Positions 39,229 to 49,739 of a stretch of DNA of 64,000 bases are shown here, piece after piece. The stretch is taken from NCBI GenBank assembly GCA_965223505.1, contig CBDCWP010000007.1:32001-96000 (forward strand), read 5' to 3'. The notes below the pieces were generated by a model. That model did no database searches. It saw only the letters and a program-made list of their open reading frames with translations, and had not been told where the DNA came from. This DNA is from Planctomycetota bacterium. Its GTDB lineage: Bacteria; Planctomycetota; PLA2; JAEUHO01. Within the stretch, counting starts at the first letter, position 1; every line of letters begins with the position of its first letter. A program made the translations under genes and the position numbers.

Positions 39229-39891
39229 CTACCACTTCTCGAACCAGCGCACCATGCGCTTGGCGAATCGGCCGCGCATCCCGCCGGCGGCGCCGCGGTC
39301 CGGCTCTCCGTCGAAGTTGCGAAACGCCCAGATGGCGCCGAACGGGTCGTCGACGGGGTTGCCGTCATCGTCTTTCGTGTGGAACGCCTTGCAGCAGACG
39401 AGCTCCCAGCCGTCACCGAAGTCCTCGGGATCCCAGCCGGAGCGATGCGTCTGCCAGTACGCGCCGTCCATGCCCCAGCGGTCTTCGGCGCCCTCGTGCT
39501 CGTACGACTGCGGGAAGAACCCCAGCGGCGTGAAGATCATGACCTGTTGCCGGGCGACGCGTTCCGCCTCGGCCAGGAACTTGACGCCGTCCTCCTTCTC
39601 CATGTGCTCGACGACGTCGAGCGCAAAGACGCTGTCGACGGCGTCGTCGGGCAGGAGCGGTAGGACCTGGTCCCAGGTGCCGTTCAGCGGCACGAAGCGG
39701 CGCGGGTCCTTCTGGCCGGCCAGCATGGTCTCGATGTACGGCTTGTGCGGCTCGACGACGAGGTGGGTTCGCGCGCGAAAGTAGTCCATGGGCCGGATGC
39801 CCGCGCCGACGTCCAACACGACGTCCGTACGCCGCACGCGCGCGCGCACCGCGTCCTTGGCTTCCTTGCGTTCGACCCACGTGACCGACAT
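39229..39891 (-). CDS. Class I SAM-dependent methyltransferase
   Basis: VLDVGAG, DVVEH. Confidence 0.75.
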   Translation of the reverse strand: MSVTWVERKEAKDAVRARVRRTDVVLDVGAGIRPMDYFRARTHLVVEPHKPYIETMLAGQKDPRRFVPLNGTWDQVLPLLPDDAVDSVFALDVVEHMEKEDGVKFLAEAERVARQQVMIFTPLGFFPQSYEHEGAEDRWGMDGAYWQTHRSGWDPEDFGDGWELVCCKAFHTKDDDGNPVDDPFGAIWAFRNFDGEPDRGAAGGMRGRFAKRMVRWFEKW

Positions 39892-39973
39892 GTCTCTCCT
39901 TCGCGCCGGGGGACAAGCATAGGCGCGCGAACGTACGGGCAAACCTCGGCCCGAGACGAGGGCCGGGGCGATC

Positions 39974-40771
39974 ATGCTCCGCATGATCGACGTCGCACGC
40001 AAGGTCGCGGAGGAAGCCGGTGCGCTGCTCATGGAGCGATTCGGTCGGCTATCGGGTCCCGAGATCGAACGCCATGGCCGGCGCGACGTCGTCACCGCCG
40101 CGGACCGCGCGGCGGAGGACCTCATCCGCCGCCGGCTCGAGGGCTACGACGCGGGCATCCCCGTCTTGAGCGAAGAGGACGCGCGCGACGCCGCGCCCGA
40201 CCGCTCCGGCGGTGCACAGTGGATCGTCGATCCGCTGGACGGGACCGTGAACTTCATCCAGGGCATCCCCGTCTTCGCGGTGAGCATCGGGCTCGTCGAG
40301 GACGGGCAGCCGCAGCTGGGCGTGATTCACGCGCCGGCCCTCGGGCAGACGTTCTGGGGCGCGCCGGGCGCGGGCGTGTTCGACGGCAAGCGGCCCGTTT
40401 CGGTCAGCGCCACACCGCTGCTCGAGGAGGCGATCGTCGCGACGGGGTTCGCCTACGGCCGCAACGAGCTCGAGGACGACAACTTCGAGAACGTGCGCCG
40501 CATCGGCCTGACGGCGCGCGGGTTGCGGCGCATGGGGGCGGCCGCCGTGGACCTGGCGTACGTCGCCTCCGGGCGACTCGACGGGTTCTGGGAGCTGCAT
40601 CTCAAACCGTGGGACGTGGCGGCGGGGGCGGCCCTGATTCGAGCCGCCGGCGGCCGTGTGTCGGACGCGCGCGGCGGCGAGGATTGGCTCTTTGGAGGGC
40701 ATGTCGTGGCCACCAACGGCCTGCTTCACGAGCCGCTTCGCACGGCCCTCGCCCCGCTGAAGGCGCTCTAG
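39974..40771 (+). CDS. suhB: Inositol monophosphatase family protein
   Basis: SEE, WIVDPLDGTVNF, WDVAAG. Confidence 0.85.
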   Translation: MLRMIDVARKVAEEAGALLMERFGRLSGPEIERHGRRDVVTAADRAAEDLIRRRLEGYDAGIPVLSEEDARDAAPDRSGGAQWIVDPLDGTVNFIQGIPVFAVSIGLVEDGQPQLGVIHAPALGQTFWGAPGAGVFDGKRPVSVSATPLLEEAIVATGFAYGRNELEDDNFENVRRIGLTARGLRRMGAAAVDLAYVASGRLDGFWELHLKPWDVAAGAALIRAAGGRVSDARGGEDWLFGGHVVATNGLLHEPLRTALAPLKAL

Positions 40772-40902
40772 CGAAACGAGCGGGTCCCGACTCCCAGCTT
40801 GACGCGCGACCGCGGAGGCGTAACGTCGACGCCTTCCGTCCCTGGTTTTCGCACACAGACGGAATCACCCGTACAGGCCGAGTTTTTGGGCTTCCGAGGC
40901 GA

Positions 40903-42597
40903 ATGGCACCCTCCTCAGACCGTCCCCTCATCGTTCAAAGCGATCGCTCGCTCCTTCTCGAGGTCGATGCCTCGGGCTACGCGCCCTGCCGGGACGCGAT
41001 CGCGCCGTTCTGTGAGCTGCTCAAGTCGCCCGAGCACGTGCACACGTATCGGTTGACGCCGCTCTCGATCTGGAACGCCGCGGCCTCCGGCATGTCGGCG
41101 CAAGAGATGGAAGACGCGCTCCAGCGCTTCAGCCGCTTCGACGTCCCGTCCAACGTGCTGCGGGACATCCGGGATCTCCATCGTCGCTACGGGCGGCTAC
41201 GGCTCGAAGAGGGCGACGACGGCGAGCTGCGCCTGTCGGCGGACGAGGCCGAGCTTCTCGACCAGGTGCAGTCGAGCGCGCTCACCAAGGAACTCGTCGG
41301 CGCGCGCAACAACGGCCATCTCAGCGTGGCGCGTCACCACCGCGGCGAGGTGAAGCGCATGCTCATCAAGCTCGGCTGGCCCGTCGAGGACGTCGCCGGA
41401 TACGTCGACGGCGGACCGCTCGAGATCAGACTCGCGGGGCAGACCAACGGCTCGCCCTTCGGCCTGCGCGACTACCAGGGCGACGCGGTGGACATCTTCT
41501 ACCGCGACGGAACCGTCGAAGGCGGCTCGGGCGTGATCGTGCTGCCCTGCGGCGCCGGCAAGACGGTCGTCGGCATGGGCGTGATGTCGCGCGTCGGACG
41601 CAAGACGCTCATTCTCACGACCAACCACACGGCCGTGAAGCAGTGGCGCGAAGAGCTGCTCGACAAGACCGAGCTGACCGACGACGACATCGGCGAGTAC
41701 ACGGGCGTCGCGAAGGAGGTGCGGCCGGTCACGATCAGCACCTACCAGATCCTCACGTACCGTCGTCGCAAGACGGACCCGTTCGTGCACTTCGATCTCT
41801 TCCAGCAGAACGACTGGGGGCTGATCATCTACGACGAGGTGCACCTGCTGCCCGCCCCGGTGTTTCGCGCGACCGCCGACATCCAGGCCACGCGGCGCCT
41901 CGGCCTCACCGCGACGCTGGTGCGCGAGGACGGACACGAAGAAGACGTGTTCACGCTCATCGGGCCGAAGCGATTCGACCTGCCGTGGAAGGTCCTCGAG
42001 CGCCAGGGCTGGATCGCCGAGGCGCACTGCCGCGAGGTGCGCGTTCCGATGGACGCCGAGCTGCGCAAGCGCTACGTGCTCGCGGGCCAACGCGCGCAGT
42101 TTCGCATCGCCGCCGAGAACCCGGCGAAGATCGATCTGCTCCAGTCGATCCTCGCGCGTCACGAGAACGATCTCGTCATCGTGATCGGCCAGTACCTCGA
42201 TCAGCTCGATCAGGTAGCGCGCCGCATTCGCGCGCCGTTGATCACCGGCAAGACGCCGAAAGAAGATCGCATCGAGCTCTACCGCAAGTTCCGCGAGGGC
42301 GAAGACACCGTGCTGATCGTCAGCAAGGTCGGCAACTTCGCCGTCGACCTGCCCGAAGCCAGCGTCATCGTGCAGATGTCGGGGACGTTCGGATCGCGCC
42401 AGGAAGAAGCGCAGCGCCTCGGTCGCGTGCTGCGCCCGAAGTCGGACGGCCGCGGCGCGCGGTTCTACACGCTCGTCAGCGACGAGACGGTCGAACAGGA
42501 CTTCGCACAGCATCGCCAGCTGTTCCTGACGGAGCAGGGATACGCGTACGAGATCATCGATGCATCCAGCGTGCTACAGGACGGCGGTCCTGCATGA
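40903..42597 (+). CDS. XPB/Rad25-like SF2 DNA helicase
   Basis: PLIVQSD, LPCGAGKT, DEVH, GLTAT, GSRQEEAQRLGR. Confidence 0.92.
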   Translation: MAPSSDRPLIVQSDRSLLLEVDASGYAPCRDAIAPFCELLKSPEHVHTYRLTPLSIWNAAASGMSAQEMEDALQRFSRFDVPSNVLRDIRDLHRRYGRLRLEEGDDGELRLSADEAELLDQVQSSALTKELVGARNNGHLSVARHHRGEVKRMLIKLGWPVEDVAGYVDGGPLEIRLAGQTNGSPFGLRDYQGDAVDIFYRDGTVEGGSGVIVLPCGAGKTVVGMGVMSRVGRKTLILTTNHTAVKQWREELLDKTELTDDDIGEYTGVAKEVRPVTISTYQILTYRRRKTDPFVHFDLFQQNDWGLIIYDEVHLLPAPVFRATADIQATRRLGLTATLVREDGHEEDVFTLIGPKRFDLPWKVLERQGWIAEAHCREVRVPMDAELRKRYVLAGQRAQFRIAAENPAKIDLLQSILARHENDLVIVIGQYLDQLDQVARRIRAPLITGKTPKEDRIELYRKFREGEDTVLIVSKVGNFAVDLPEASVIVQMSGTFGSRQEEAQRLGRVLRPKSDGRGARFYTLVSDETVEQDFAQHRQLFLTEQGYAYEIIDASSVLQDGGPA

Positions 42598-44645
42598 GCG
42601 CACGCAACGGGAGAGGCATCGCGCTCAAGAAGCACCTCGAGAAGACGAAGGTCGCCGACTTGAAGGGCGTCTACGCGTTCTGGTCGGGCGACGACGCGCC
42701 TCCGGGACAGAAGAAGCAGCTCGTGAGCTCGCTCGCGGCGCTCATGGAGGAAGAGGGCACCGTCTACCGCCGGGTGCGCACGCTCACGCGCAAGGTGCTC
42801 GACGTGCTGCTGTTGCTGCTGCGACGCGACCACTACGCATCCGATCTGCCCGGGTTGTTCCAGCGGCTGCCCGGCGAGGACGCGATCGATCTCGAGTTCC
42901 ACGAGGCCGAGGCCGGCCTGAAGGCGCTCTCGCGCCGGGGTTTCCTTGCCGAGGTCTCCGAGAGCGCGACGAACGGCCGCGTCGTGTACACGGTGCCGCA
43001 GGAGCTCGGCACACTGCTCACCTCGCTGTTCCGCGAAGAGACGAGGACCGTGGCCAGCGTGTTCTCGCTGCGGGAGCACGCGGCGACGATCACGGCGACC
43101 GAGCGCGAACGGCTTCGCAAGTCGTTCCCGAAGCTCAACGGCGCCCCGCACGCGGAGGACGTCGAGCGCATTTTCGGCGCGGACGGCGCGCCCGCGTTGC
43201 TCGACCGGCTGACACCGGAGCTGCGCGACGTCTTCGAGCACGCGCGTCGCCGGTACGGCGGGGTCGCGCTTCGATCGCAGTGGAGCGCACGAAGCGAGCT
43301 CAAGAACGTCAGGTGGGATCGCAAGTCGTGGGCGGCGGCCCTCGAGTCGGCGGCGCTCGGTACCGTCGCCCGACTCGCGCTCAACTCGTACGGCATCGCC
43401 TGCGACGACGAGGCGCTCGTCATCTTCACCGAGGTGATCGAAGACCTGATCGCGCGCGAGAGCGAGGATGCGTTCGAGCACGACGAGGTGCTGCGCTCGG
43501 GCTGCGACCTCATCGCCGACATGGGCCACTATCTCGAGTACGTCCGCCGCAACCCGGTCAAGGTCAGCCGCAAGGGCGAGGTCTACAAGGCGGGCAAGAG
43601 GAAGATCCAGAACGGCTTCGTGTTCCGCGCGTGTTTCCTGGCCGACGCGAGCCGGATCTGGGACGAGGTTCACCACGCGGCGGACCATCTCGCGCTGGTG
43701 GCGACGGGCGGCGACGGGTTCCTCGAGCTTCGTCCCGAGGCGGAGGCGTTCCTGAAGCACCCGCTCGAAGAGAAGGTGATGGAGCTCTATCGGGTCGCGC
43801 TCGAGCAGCCCGGCTCCAAGGGCCGCAGCCTGCATCAACACGAGCTTCGCACGGTCGTGGCGCAGCTTCTCCGCGAGCATCCGCAGCGTTGGTGGCGCGG
43901 TCGTTCGCTCGCCATGCTCGCGCGGCACCGCTACTTCGCCACGCTCGACGAGCGGGGCATCAAGGACCGACACCGCGACCGCTTCTTCTCGGCGTATTTC
44001 TCCGGCCGCGAGACACCGGCGGATCTGCTGCACGAGCTCGATCGGGAGTGGTTGCCGCGGTTGTTCATCCAGGGGCTGACCGAGGCCGCCGTCAAGGACG
44101 ACCAGGTCGTCGCTTGGCGGCTCACGGCGCTCGGCGCGCGCGTCTTCGGCGCGGAGATCCCGGAGCTCGAGACCGGCTTGCAGCCGGTCGTCGTGAACCC
44201 GGACTTCGAGGTCATGGTGCTGCCGGACGGCGACGTGAGCGACGTCGTGCACACGCTCGACGCGTTCGCGCGTCGCGAGAAGTCCGGGGACGTCGTCCAC
44301 TTCCGTCTGACCAAGGAGGCCATCGAGGCCGCGGTCGGCGCCGGGCGCTCCGTGCGCGAGCTGATCGACTTCCTCGAGGCGCGCTCCAAGGGGCAGGTTC
44401 CGCAGAACGTGATCTACACGCTCAACTCGTGGGCCGGATCCGTGACGTTCGCCACGCTGGAGCATGGGTTCGTCCTGACCGCCGATGACGAAGCTGCGCT
44501 CGATCGGATCTTGGCCTTCGAGGAGATTTCCGCACTCGTGAAGCGCCGCCTGAGCCCGTCCGAGGCGCTGTTGCGGGAGGCGCCTTCGGACCGCAAGCTG
44601 CTCGCGACGTTGCGCGAGCGCGGCATCGAGCTCAAAGGCCCCTAA
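42594..44645 (+). CDS. XPB-associated protein with Helicase_C_3-like domain
   Basis: VVNPDFEV..L....I..A...G....L..FL......VPQNV..L..W; ATGA overlap with the helicase. Confidence 0.75.
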   Translation: MSARNGRGIALKKHLEKTKVADLKGVYAFWSGDDAPPGQKKQLVSSLAALMEEEGTVYRRVRTLTRKVLDVLLLLLRRDHYASDLPGLFQRLPGEDAIDLEFHEAEAGLKALSRRGFLAEVSESATNGRVVYTVPQELGTLLTSLFREETRTVASVFSLREHAATITATERERLRKSFPKLNGAPHAEDVERIFGADGAPALLDRLTPELRDVFEHARRRYGGVALRSQWSARSELKNVRWDRKSWAAALESAALGTVARLALNSYGIACDDEALVIFTEVIEDLIARESEDAFEHDEVLRSGCDLIADMGHYLEYVRRNPVKVSRKGEVYKAGKRKIQNGFVFRACFLADASRIWDEVHHAADHLALVATGGDGFLELRPEAEAFLKHPLEEKVMELYRVALEQPGSKGRSLHQHELRTVVAQLLREHPQRWWRGRSLAMLARHRYFATLDERGIKDRHRDRFFSAYFSGRETPADLLHELDREWLPRLFIQGLTEAAVKDDQVVAWRLTALGARVFGAEIPELETGLQPVVVNPDFEVMVLPDGDVSDVVHTLDAFARREKSGDVVHFRLTKEAIEAAVGAGRSVRELIDFLEARSKGQVPQNVIYTLNSWAGSVTFATLEHGFVLTADDEAALDRILAFEEISALVKRRLSPSEALLREAPSDRKLLATLRERGIELKGP

Positions 44646-44932
44646 ACGGCGGGCGATCGGGGCCGAGCGGATGCGCACGGCCGCAAGACGGCTTGACGCT
44701 GTGCGCAAGCGAACGCGATTGCGTCTTCCGCGTCTAAGTTCTTTTTTGAAAGCGTGTTACGTGCCGGGCACCGATGGTTGGCGCTCGGAATGTCATTTGC
44801 GCACGCTTCCGTCAGACGAGAGTTCCGCTTCTCGTCGCCGCAGGGGTGGGCTGTGGCGTTGATAAGACAAGGCGAGGGCGGCGGCGGTACGGCGCGGCCT
44901 GATCCCGGCGACGCCGTCGGGGGGAGAGATCG

Positions 44933-47167
44933 ATGATGCGGTTTGGATCGAGCAAGCTCACGACGCTTGCGGTGCTTCTGTTGCTGGTGGCCGGATCGAG
45001 TTTCATGACGTCGTGCAGCGGCGGAGGCGTCGGGGCCAGGGAGATGGTGCTCATCGAATTCCTGATCGTGGACCGCAGCCTCAAGCCGGTCGCACCCACC
45101 GGTACCGAGAGCCTGCCCCGCAACGCACAGCTGATGATGGTGTTCTCCGAGCTGGTGAACCCCCAGACCGTGACCGACCAGACCATCCAGGTGCGATTCG
45201 GTCCGGCGTTCCAGAGCGTGCCGACCGGCTCCCTCAACGTGAATGCCAACACGGTCGTCTTCGATCCCACGGTCACGGCTCAGGGCGAGCCCAACCCGTT
45301 CGGATTCCTGCCGCTGACGCAATACCAGGTCGACATCCCGAACTTCGAGGAGCAGCAGCAGGTCGTCGAGAACGCGGACTTCGATCCCGTGACCACCACG
45401 TTCTTCACCACCTTCATCACGGCCAAGGGCTTCCTGCGCGAGCTCATTCCGCCGGAGGTGCTGAACGTCTTCTTCGTGCCGGATCCCGATCCGCTGACGA
45501 AGAACATCCCGGGGAACGGCTTGCTCGCCGTCGAGTTCAACGAAGCGATGGATCCGAGCTCCTTCACGCTCGGCCCGTTCGGCGGTCCGGACCTGAACAC
45601 GACCTTCGACGTGCGCTACACGAACGACACGATCAATGTCGACAACCTGATCAACTTCAACCCGATTCCCGGCACCTTCACGCACGACGCCGCGGCGAAG
45701 ATCTTCTTCTTCAAGCCGCTGTTCTCGTTCGGCGAGAAGAAGTACGTCTTCACGCTGCAGCTCTTCCAGGGGCTTCAGGACCTGTCGGGCAACCTGCTGA
45801 TCAACCCGCAGAGCTACGGCCCGTTCACCTGCGACGGCAACGGCATCCCGTTGGGGCGGACGCTCATCGAGGACTTCAACACGACGAACGACCGCGACAC
45901 CGGGCCGACCGACGCAGATTGGGGCTTGAACGAGCCCGGTGCGTTGAACGGCGCGCCGATCACGTCGCGGCAGGCGTACATGTACACGTACACGCTCACG
46001 ACGGACCCCGACACGGGCCAGTCGAGCCGCGGACACGCGTACGGCGACTTCGACATGCTCACCGGCGCCGCGCTCAACCAGTTCAACACCAACGTCGTGC
46101 CGCCGACGTCCGAGGGTCGCCGGGTCATCTTCACCTACAGCGATACCGAGATCGGCGCCGACGGCGCGATCACGGCGGCGGCGTGGGGCCCGGACAGCAA
46201 CCAGACGCGCGCCGCGTACTACCCGAACGTGATCCTGCGCGCGGGGTTCCAGGCCGACGACTCGCTCAGCATCGCGCCGAACTTCCTGGCGAACTACGAG
46301 GGCCTCGCGCCGACCGTGCTGTACGACGGCGACTACTCGGTGGCGCAGAACAGCAACATCGGCAATACGCCGGGCCACCCGTCGTTCCCGCACACGCCGC
46401 CGGACCAGGTGCCGCCGGGGTACTCGACGGGCGTCGGCGGTCCCGGCACAGTTTGTTGGCCGACCGGTGGTCAGCCGGATCTGTGGTGGAACCACGTCCT
46501 GTTCGACTTCACCGGTTGGTATCCCTGGCCGGAGTTCACGTCGTTCTTCGAGTGGACGCAGGGCGATCCCGCGGTCGAGAACGATCGCGTCATGGTCTTC
46601 GACATCAGCTCGCAGGAGGGCGATACCTGGCAGACGGTGCGCACGTGGCAGGCGATCACGTTCCCGTGCTCGGGCGTTCTCATCGACGGCCACCCGACGC
46701 GCACGATGTGGGGCACCTACGAAGGCTCCGTGCCGAATCCGCCGGAGTGCCTCGCGTGCGTCAACCAGGTCATCAACCCGGACATCGTCGTCTGTGACAT
46801 GTGTTTCACGGTCACGAAGCGGCGCAGCGTCGCGCAGTCGTTGTTCTACTACCCGGTCGGCGACCCGAATGTCGCCTTCGGTGGTGCGACGTACGGCGAC
46901 ACGAGCAACTACGGCACGCCGTTGCTGAGCCCGCAGGTTCAGGAGCCCGGCGTCCAGGCGATCATCGAGTTCCAGGGCGCGCAGATCGTCGACGACGACC
47001 GCAAGACGATCAACGCCGCCGGCCTGGCGACCGGATGGACGCAGGACATCAACGACTGCGACGGCTTCCCCTGCATTCGCTGGCGCGTGACGTTGGTCTC
47101 CAACCTGGAGACCGGGGACCGCGCCCGGCTGGTGAACGTCATCATTCCGATCACGGACGACTTCTAA
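44933..47167 (+). CDS. Large Ig-like (Big_5-type) domain lipoprotein
   Basis: Lipoprotein-like N-terminus (SC); FSE.V.P.TV, FNEAMDP, DLSGN.L. Confidence 0.7.
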   Translation: MMRFGSSKLTTLAVLLLLVAGSSFMTSCSGGGVGAREMVLIEFLIVDRSLKPVAPTGTESLPRNAQLMMVFSELVNPQTVTDQTIQVRFGPAFQSVPTGSLNVNANTVVFDPTVTAQGEPNPFGFLPLTQYQVDIPNFEEQQQVVENADFDPVTTTFFTTFITAKGFLRELIPPEVLNVFFVPDPDPLTKNIPGNGLLAVEFNEAMDPSSFTLGPFGGPDLNTTFDVRYTNDTINVDNLINFNPIPGTFTHDAAAKIFFFKPLFSFGEKKYVFTLQLFQGLQDLSGNLLINPQSYGPFTCDGNGIPLGRTLIEDFNTTNDRDTGPTDADWGLNEPGALNGAPITSRQAYMYTYTLTTDPDTGQSSRGHAYGDFDMLTGAALNQFNTNVVPPTSEGRRVIFTYSDTEIGADGAITAAAWGPDSNQTRAAYYPNVILRAGFQADDSLSIAPNFLANYEGLAPTVLYDGDYSVAQNSNIGNTPGHPSFPHTPPDQVPPGYSTGVGGPGTVCWPTGGQPDLWWNHVLFDFTGWYPWPEFTSFFEWTQGDPAVENDRVMVFDISSQEGDTWQTVRTWQAITFPCSGVLIDGHPTRTMWGTYEGSVPNPPECLACVNQVINPDIVVCDMCFTVTKRRSVAQSLFYYPVGDPNVAFGGATYGDTSNYGTPLLSPQVQEPGVQAIIEFQGAQIVDDDRKTINAAGLATGWTQDINDCDGFPCIRWRVTLVSNLETGDRARLVNVIIPITDDF

Positions 47168-47912
47168 TCGAGACGCCGAGCGCTTCGTAGAACCGGACCG
47201 TACGTTCGAGCTTGTGCGCGATGCCGGCGTAGCGCGCGGCCAGCTCGTACAGCGTCTCCGGATCCGTGAAGAGATACCCGGCGAAGCTGTTGAAGTCGTT
47301 CTCGACGGTCGACATGGCGTACTCGTAGAGGAAGCCCTGCTTCAGCGTCCAGTGATTCGGGCGGATGTCGTCGAGGCCGCGGCGCACCGCCGCGTGGCTA
47401 CTGGTCCCGTATCGGAAGCCGGCGATGTTCGCCGCCGCCCAATCGCGCGCGTCGAAACGCCCGCGGTGCGCGCGCAGCAGGACGCTCGAGAGCTCGGCGT
47501 GGAACAGGCGGCGCCATTGCCGTTCGCGGTCGGCCGGCGCAGCCCGCGGCTCGGCGACGTAGACCCGCCGGCGCGAGTTGGTGCCGCCCGCGCGAATGCC
47601 TGCAAACGTCAGGTCGCGCACGAGATAGATCCGTGTCACGTGGGAGGCGACCAAGCCGGACGGGTAGCGCGCGATCGCACGCTCGACGGCGGCGCGGGCC
47701 TGCGCGCGGCGGTGCGGCGGCAAGGGCGTCGCGCGCGCGCGAATGCCCGGTCGCGACCACGCGCGCGGAAACATGTCGTCGTGCAGCACGGTGTGGACGC
47801 GCACCGTGGCGTCGCCGCTCGCGGATCCCGATACGCGTGGGGACGAGGCGCAGCCCCAAGCGGCCGCGGCGAACAGCAGCACGAACGATGTCACCGGGAG
47901 TCTCGCGCCCAT
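47151..47912 (-). CDS. Hypothetical lipoprotein, zincin-like
   Basis: Lipobox AWGC; FHAELSS and GF..EYAMS..ENDF. Confidence 0.6.
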   Translation of the reverse strand: MGARLPVTSFVLLFAAAAWGCASSPRVSGSASGDATVRVHTVLHDDMFPRAWSRPGIRARATPLPPHRRAQARAAVERAIARYPSGLVASHVTRIYLVRDLTFAGIRAGGTNSRRRVYVAEPRAAPADRERQWRRLFHAELSSVLLRAHRGRFDARDWAAANIAGFRYGTSSHAAVRRGLDDIRPNHWTLKQGFLYEYAMSTVENDFNSFAGYLFTDPETLYELAARYAGIAHKLERTVRFYEALGVSIRSRP

Positions 47913-47978
47913 GGCCGCATCGTAGCCCCCGGGAAGGGAGCGAAACGCGCTGGAGGCGGCGCGGTTTAGGATGTCACG

Positions 47979-49697
47979 GTGAGCCTTGGCAGCCTCGAGC
48001 GTCGAATCGTCCTGGCCGGAGCACTGCTGCTGCTTGCCGGCGGGCCCGCGCAGGCCGACGACGACGTGACCGCGGGCCTCCTGCATCCGCTCGAGGCGCA
48101 CCGGCGTGCCGCCGAGCAGGCACTGGCGGAGCGCGACGATGCCGGGCCGATCCTCGAGACGCTCATCGCGGCCGAGAACCCCCGTTTGCGCGCGACGGGC
48201 TGGCGCGTGATCGCGAAACGTGAGGCGGCCCGATTCACCGCGCGCGCGATCGAGTCGCTTTCCGACCCGTCGGCGTCCGTCGGGGTCGAGGCCGGCCGCG
48301 CGCTGTTGAAGATCCTGGCGTCCGAGACGCACTACACAGCGCCGCGCGTGCCTTCCGGCGAGCTCGACACGGCGGCGCGAACGGCGCTCGCGCACGGTCT
48401 GGCGGAGGTGCTCGAGGACGCGCCGGCGACGGAGCTGCCGACGGTCGTCTACCGGGTGGGGGACGGCGTCCTGCCGTGCCTGCACGAGATCGCAGGCGGC
48501 GCTCACTTTCGGACCGGCGCGCGCCGGTCGGCGCTCGAGCTGATCGCGCGCATCGGCGGCGAGGCGGCGCGTGAAGCGCTCGTCGATCTCGTCGAGCCCG
48601 ATTGGGACGAGCTCACACCCGACGTCTTGCGCGCACTGACGGAGGTCGGGTTCGGCGCGTACGGCGATCACCTGTACTGGACGCTGCGCGGTGGATCGGA
48701 CACCGAGCTTCCCATCAGCTGGCGCGACTTTCTGCGTATGCGCTTTCGTGAGCGCGGGATCGTGCTGCGCTGCATCGTGCATGCGCCGCCTCGCGACGCA
48801 GGTGGGTTGCGCGACCACCTGCGCGCATTGATCGAGCGACGCCGCTACCACCCGAGCCGGCTGGTCGAGATCGTGCGGGCCCTGCTGGCGCTCGGTCCGC
48901 CGACCGACGACGACCTCGTGATGATCGTCGAAGCCGTCGGCTCCACGCGAAGCCGCCGGCATCCGCGTTCCGCGGAGATGGGCTACGCGCTGGCCGCGCT
49001 GCTGCCGTTCAAGGACCGCGTGGCGCTTCAGGACACCGCCCGCAGCCTGCTCGAGCGCAGGGACCTGCTGGACGAGTCGCGGTTTTGGCAGACGAGCCTG
49101 CCCGAAACGGTGGAGGCGTGGTGTCAGTTCTACATTCACGGAACCGCCGACGAGCCGACCGCACGAGACGTGTGCGATATGGCGACACACCTCATCCGCG
49201 GCGACGGTGAGGTGCCGACGTACGCGAGCCGCCGTTTGGGCGTCCGGCTCTGGAGCGCGATGGCGAAGCATGCACAACCGTCGCGCGGCCTCGTCACCTC
49301 GCTGCTTCGCGACGACGACAGCTGGGTGCAGCGACATGCCTTGCGTTGGTTGGACCGGGTCGAGCCGGACGAGGCCTCGGCCGCGGTGTCGAACGGGCTG
49401 CGCGCCACGGAGATCGACAGCGTGCTCGCCGCCGCGGAGACCGACGTGGTGCCGCTGAGCGCGGCGGTCCAGAGCCGGCTGTTGGCGCTCTCCGTCGAAG
49501 GCCATCGGTGGCAGCGGGCCCGCGCGTGGCGCGTGCTCCGCTCGTGCGTGGCGGACGCGGGCGACGACGCGGTGTCGGCGACGGCGCCCGTGACGCTCGA
49601 CGAGCGCCTGCGCGCAGCAGCCGAGCTCTACGTCGCGCTGGATCTGGCGCTCTTGGAAGCTTCGGACGAGGGCTTGCGCAAACCGGCCGGACGGTGA
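47979..49697 (+). CDS. HEAT/ARM-repeat secreted protein
   Basis: Signal peptide; repeated L.D....V...A helices. Confidence 0.65.
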   Translation: MSLGSLERRIVLAGALLLLAGGPAQADDDVTAGLLHPLEAHRRAAEQALAERDDAGPILETLIAAENPRLRATGWRVIAKREAARFTARAIESLSDPSASVGVEAGRALLKILASETHYTAPRVPSGELDTAARTALAHGLAEVLEDAPATELPTVVYRVGDGVLPCLHEIAGGAHFRTGARRSALELIARIGGEAAREALVDLVEPDWDELTPDVLRALTEVGFGAYGDHLYWTLRGGSDTELPISWRDFLRMRFRERGIVLRCIVHAPPRDAGGLRDHLRALIERRRYHPSRLVEIVRALLALGPPTDDDLVMIVEAVGSTRSRRHPRSAEMGYALAALLPFKDRVALQDTARSLLERRDLLDESRFWQTSLPETVEAWCQFYIHGTADEPTARDVCDMATHLIRGDGEVPTYASRRLGVRLWSAMAKHAQPSRGLVTSLLRDDDSWVQRHALRWLDRVEPDEASAAVSNGLRATEIDSVLAAAETDVVPLSAAVQSRLLALSVEGHRWQRARAWRVLRSCVADAGDDAVSATAPVTLDERLRAAAELYVALDLALLEASDEGLRKPAGR

Positions 49698-49739
49698 GAA
49701 TCCCTGGTCCGCGCCGCTGACGGCGCGCGAGGAGATTCC

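Noticed and set aside
39745..40902. N-terminal extension of the 950-aa helicase ORF (likewise extensions of ORFs 41643, 47151-49910, 57942, 30441, 36202-37908)
   Set aside because: Arg/Pro-rich shadow translations overlapping real genes in GC-rich DNA; starts reassigned to downstream codons
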